A stretch of DNA of 64,000 nt from Spirochaetota bacterium (GTDB lineage Bacteria > Spirochaetota > UBA4802 > UBA5550), in the NCBI GenBank assembly GCA_963663865.1, contig OY760686.1:192001-256000 (forward strand). Reading direction: 5' to 3'. The position numbers and the translations under genes are program-made. Below are positions 60,381 to 64,000 of this stretch, one piece after another. The notes beneath the pieces were generated by a model. That model was not told the origin of the DNA. It did not search any database and was given only the letters and a program-made list of their open reading frames with translations. Position 1 is the stretch's first letter, and each line of letters begins with the position of its first letter.

Positions 60381-61373
60381 TCACTCTTCTTCAGTGCTTT
60401 CGCCGACGGATGCCTCTCCTTCGGTCCACACAGCGCCGCCGTCTGAGGAAACAAGAAGCCTGCCGGAATAGTCCGCGAGGACGAGCACAGAGCCGTCAGA
60501 GGAACAGGCAATGTCATACCATGCCGAGGTTCCTGCAGCAGTCAATTCGGCCCATGTTGCACCTCCGTCAGCGGAGGTTAAGACAGCTCCATCATAAACA
60601 GCAGCGGCCAGAAAAGAGCCGTCAGCAGATCCCGCTATCGAAGACCAGTACCGCAATTCGGAGGCCGTCTGAATAGTCCATGCCGAGCCTCCGTCGGTTG
60701 AGGTATGAATATACACTCCCCATGGAGCGGAGGCAATGAGCGAACCGTTTGATGATACGTAAATGCTCTTCCAGTTATTTACAAGCTCTCCAGCGGCACC
60801 CGACCTCTCCGTCCAGGTTACACCGGCGTCTGTAGAAGTATATATGTAGCCTGCGGTCACGGCCGCTGCCATAAGCGACCCGTCAGCTGATACCGCGACA
60901 TCGCGCCAGAGCCTTTCCCCCGAGGCAGTCTGCTCTGTCCAGGTACTGCCTCCGTCAGCAGAGGTGTAGATAAAGCCGTTCCGTGCCGCAGCAGCCATAA
61001 TGCCTGCATCGGAGCTCATCGAAACAGCATACCATTGCTTTTCACCCGAGTCGTCCTGCTCCCTCCAGCTGGAGCCTCCGTCGGTGGACGTGTAAATGTA
61101 TCCTCCATTTACAGCTGCCGCCATAATACTTCCGTCAGAGGACACTGCTATGGACGACCAGTATCTCTGTCCCGCAGATTCGCGCTCCTGCCAGGTTGCC
61201 CCTCCGTCATCCGAGATGTATATTGAATTCTTCATGGCAGCGGCGGCAAGAACGGTTCCATCAGCTGAAGAGGCTACAGCTTCCCACATTCTTTCCCCTG
61301 ATTCTGAATCATCGCTACTGCATGAGTAGATCAGAAACACTGCCAGCATTATCGTATAAATTGAATATCTCAT
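60381..61373 (-). CDS. BNR/Asp-box beta-propeller lipoprotein
   Basis: Lipobox IYSC; about 7 repeats of W.SIA.SSDGS..AAA...YIYTSTDGG.TW. Confidence 0.85.
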   Translation of the reverse strand: MRYSIYTIMLAVFLIYSCSSDDSESGERMWEAVASSADGTVLAAAAMKNSIYISDDGGATWQERESAGQRYWSSIAVSSDGSIMAAAVNGGYIYTSTDGGSSWREQDDSGEKQWYAVSMSSDAGIMAAAARNGFIYTSADGGSTWTEQTASGERLWRDVAVSADGSLMAAAVTAGYIYTSTDAGVTWTERSGAAGELVNNWKSIYVSSNGSLIASAPWGVYIHTSTDGGSAWTIQTASELRYWSSIAGSADGSFLAAAVYDGAVLTSADGGATWAELTAAGTSAWYDIACSSDGSVLVLADYSGRLLVSSDGGAVWTEGEASVGESTEEE

Positions 61374-61556
61374 AGTTGGTACCCGGCACTCGTGGTAACA
61401 GATTTAATGTTCTTTGGCAAGCCCATTTTAAATACCGGCAAGAAATGATAAACTATTTCTGACTAACTCCGCTGTTTTCTAATCAGCTGTTCAGCTGTTG
61501 CCGGTCTGACACAGAACACCTGCAACATGCCTTGTTCTGCCAATGCATGTCAGCAA

Positions 61557-61955
61557 TCAGGATGCTTTCCCCAATTTCTCAGTAATATAGCTATTAACCA
61601 TCTCAGTAGTCTCAACAAAGAACGGAATTTCTTCCTTGCCGGGAATTGTCCTGCTGTATTGTTCCATTGTACATATTTCCTGAAATCCATTCATGTACAG
61701 CAGCCTTTTCTCAAGTTCAGGGTCCAGCTCTTCTTTTACCTTAATGGACTCAACGAGGTCAACGAGGGTATGGTTGTACGGCATAAAGTTAATTTTAATA
61801 AATAAAGCCATGAAAAACTTCTCAATACTCATTGCACACAGGTTATATATAATCTCAGGGCTGAACTTCTCTGAATTCATACTTCCTTTTGCGGTTCTCA
61901 GAAAATCCGTCCCTTCTTTATAAAAATCCTGCCAGGTGCTTTCTACGTATGCCAT
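61557..61955 (-). CDS. Stand-alone HEPN domain protein
   Basis: IYNLCAMSIEKFFMAL...PYNHTLVDL. Confidence 0.7.
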   Translation of the reverse strand: MAYVESTWQDFYKEGTDFLRTAKGSMNSEKFSPEIIYNLCAMSIEKFFMALFIKINFMPYNHTLVDLVESIKVKEELDPELEKRLLYMNGFQEICTMEQYSRTIPGKEEIPFFVETTEMVNSYITEKLGKAS

Positions 61956-62089
61956 TATCGGCCTCCGGTTATATTACATAGATTAGGGGAGCAGGAGAAA
62001 TCGTCATTGGCGAGCATTTTATATTCTGAATCGCGAATTTAACATTCAGGAAATATTACGTTAATCCGTCCTGCCTCATGAGGCCTGCT

Positions 62090-62689
62090 TTAACGATGGT
62101 CAGCCCCATTGTCCGGAAGGCTTTCTATTTGCAGGAGATGTTTCTTCAGCGTTGGATCAGGCGAATAATGCCCAGTACTTCCGTCAGCCTTTATTACGCG
62201 GTGGCATGGTACAATTACAGGGAAGCGGTTTCGGGCCATGCAGCTCCCGACAAAACGGGCCGCGCCCTTTAGCCCTGCCCTTTCAGCGAGCCCGCCGTAT
62301 GAAATGGTGGTACCGTACCGGACCTCCATGAGCGAACTGTAAACAGCAAGAGCCGCCGGAGAGAAGCCGGCCATATCCAGCCTCAATTCCATAATACCGT
62401 CTGACTTCGACATATTCCCGAACGAAGCAATGCGCTCATGATTTTTGAAAAACAAAACTCTGAATTCCTTAAGAGGGTCATTCCCCTGGAAAAAAGAGGT
62501 AAGAAAACGGGATACGGCCTCATCATTCGACTGGGCAGAGACAGACAAACTGGAGCCATCGCCCTGAAAAGAGATTCCTTTTATCAGTTGATCACCTAAC
62601 CGAATTGAATACACGCCAAACGGCGTTACACAGTGATGATCAGCAGATGCATTTACTGCCTGATCTTTCTTTTCGTATTCGTAAATCAT
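62090..62689 (-). CDS. ogt: Methylated-DNA--protein-cysteine methyltransferase
   Basis: GTTISYGGLA, AARFVGSCMARN, active site PCHRV. Confidence 0.9.
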   Translation of the reverse strand: MIYEYEKKDQAVNASADHHCVTPFGVYSIRLGDQLIKGISFQGDGSSLSVSAQSNDEAVSRFLTSFFQGNDPLKEFRVLFFKNHERIASFGNMSKSDGIMELRLDMAGFSPAALAVYSSLMEVRYGTTISYGGLAERAGLKGAARFVGSCMARNRFPVIVPCHRVIKADGSTGHYSPDPTLKKHLLQIESLPDNGADHR

Positions 62690-62722
62690 CCGAGAAAACC
62701 TCGTTTGCTTTTTACGCTTTTG

Positions 62723-62836
62723 TCAGCCTGCTGCTGACACATCGGCTGCATCAGGGGAGGATGTTCCCGTACAAAACAGCTTCCCTTTTCAGGGAAGCTG
62801 CCTGAGGGCGAAGAACTCAGGCTGAGAGGTACATCT
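62723..62836. repeat. Copy 1 of a ~110-bp structured direct repeat (37-bp identical core)
   Basis: TCAGCCTGCTGCTGACACATCGGCTGCATCAGGGGAG is identical at 63529-63565 and is followed by two hairpins. Confidence 0.85.
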
Positions 62837-62981
62837 ATCCCAGCTTGAAGTGAACCGGTTAAAAACAAGCTTGAGAAATTTCACTGTTAAGTTCGGCTCC
62901 GCACTTCGTTTATTGCTCAACGCATCACTCAATGATCACCTCATACGATAAAGCCTTTCTCTTTTATATTAACCAGTCTAA

Positions 62982-63242
62982 TCAATAATGATACTTGCAA
63001 GATGCAATGAGGATAACGTCTTTCTCAACTTTATATACAAGGCGGTGTTGAGAAGTAATTCGTCGAGACCAGTATGAAAAAAGCTCATGCTTTAAGGGTT
63101 CCGGCTTCCCAATACCACGGAAAGGCTCCCTGTCGATCGCTTTAATAATCTCATTTATTTTTGAAAATATCTTTTTATCAGATATTGCCCAATCCTGGTA
63201 ATCTTTAAAAGCGTCAGCATGAAAAGAAATTCTTCTCATCAA
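62982..63242 (-). CDS. yoeB: Txe/YoeB family toxin
   Basis: PFRGIGKPEPLKHEL.SYWSRRITSQHRLVY...CKYHY. Confidence 0.93.
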   Translation of the reverse strand: MMRRISFHADAFKDYQDWAISDKKIFSKINEIIKAIDREPFRGIGKPEPLKHELFSYWSRRITSQHRLVYKVEKDVILIASCKYHY

Positions 63243-63457
63243 GCAATAGAGACCTCAACCCGATTTTTCCCTTCTTCAAGCTCTTTAACCGCCTTAAGGA
63301 GATGATCTCGATTTTGCTGATCTTTGAGCAGGTATTCAGTCTCATCTTCTACAGCAATTACTGTTAACTCAATATCCTTATCATGATACATGTTCTGTAT
63401 TGACTTTATCAAATCAGCATTGAGCTCTTTTGAGTTTAAACGATATATTGTCTGCAT
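63239..63457 (-). CDS. Antitoxin with a YefM-like C-terminal neutralising helix
   Basis: DETEYLLKDQQNRDHLLKAVKELEEGK; ATGA overlap with yoeB; RBS GAGGTG. Confidence 0.8.
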   Translation of the reverse strand: MQTIYRLNSKELNADLIKSIQNMYHDKDIELTVIAVEDETEYLLKDQQNRDHLLKAVKELEEGKNRVEVSIA

Positions 63458-63528
63458 AACAGCACCTCTTAAATAAGGATATAGAAAAAATAGTATGATT
63501 GTCAAGATTTAAAAAATGTCCCTCTCCC

Positions 63529-63635
63529 TCAGCCTGCTGCTGACACATCGGCTGCATCAGGGGAGTTTCTTCTCGTGCTGAAAAGCTTCCATATCAAGGA
63601 GAGCTGTTCAGCGCAGAGTGAATGAGAGCTACATC
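63529..63635. repeat. Copy 2 of the ~110-bp structured direct repeat
   Basis: Identical 37-bp core, then diverged hairpins and the shared TGAGAG(G/C)TACATC. Confidence 0.85.
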
Positions 63636-64000
63636 CTACAAACCGCGGCTTTGCAGAAAGCTCCTTGCCTGAATCTCATCCGCGGCAAGCACCTCTTTCA
63701 GCTCGGAAGGCCCGCTGAATCTGCGCACCGGCCGTATCCAGCCGCAAAACTCCACCTTCAAAACCGTACCGTATATGTCTCTGTTGAAATCGAAGATATT
63801 CACCTCAAGCGTGCGCCCTGGACAGCCGAAAGTAGGGTTGCTGCCGATGCTCATCATCCCCCCGAAGATTTCTCCGCTTTCAAGCACAACCCTTACGGCG
63901 TACACGCCTTCGGGCGGAACCACCTTGTCCCGGTCGACCGGATCAACATTGGCAGTTGGATAGCCGAGAGTCCTTCCCCGTCCCGCGCCCCTGACTACTC
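63636..64000 (-). CDS. ribF: Riboflavin kinase/FAD synthetase, C-terminal part (5' end outside the window)
   Basis: GRGRTLGYPTAN, PPEGVYAV, SIGSNPTF, LEVNIFDFNRDIYG. Confidence 0.93.
   Translation of the reverse strand, partial: VVRGAGRGRTLGYPTANVDPVDRDKVVPPEGVYAVRVVLESGEIFGGMMSIGSNPTFGCPGRTLEVNIFDFNRDIYGTVLKVEFCGWIRPVRRFSGPSELKEVLAADEIQARSFLQSRGL

Noticed and set aside
62750-62880. Functional TPP riboswitch
   Set aside because: Conserved ACCTGAT and the closing P1 are missing, and no plus-strand gene follows
62723-63565. CRISPR repeats (37-bp identical pair)
   Set aside because: Only two copies, about 800 bp apart, with genes between them

Overview
A bacterial chromosomal window. A Spirochaetota (Leptospirales-like) origin is inferred from the coiled-coil/HTH protein, the LA_2219-like lipoprotein and the many lipoproteins. 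Housekeeping genes (purM, purE, guaA, manC, fluC, gapN, ogt, partial ribF) alternate with AT-rich accessory patches. These are: (i) a toxin-antitoxin islet at 1.7-7.6 kb (AbiEi/AbiEii, DUF2971, HigBA), with the two halves of a DUF1016 gene lying in swapped order around the AbiE-DUF2971 part; (ii) a lipoprotein glycosidase locus (membrane AraC, two GH78, one GH3) containing an intact but apparently catalytically dead IS110-derived ORF; (iii) a Fic toxin with an unannotated 50-aa antitoxin; (iv) an integron-cassette-like defence patch (nonsense-interrupted HEPN gene and an Avs2-like REase-STAND protein with attC-like remnants); (v) a lipidated SpvB/FG-GAP/RHS polymorphic toxin with an immunity gene; (vi) several small modules (VWA+OMP pair, arsM, YoeB TA), each bracketed by diverged direct repeats. 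I recognised no rRNA, tRNA or CRISPR array. All family calls come from motif recognition by eye; no database search was run.
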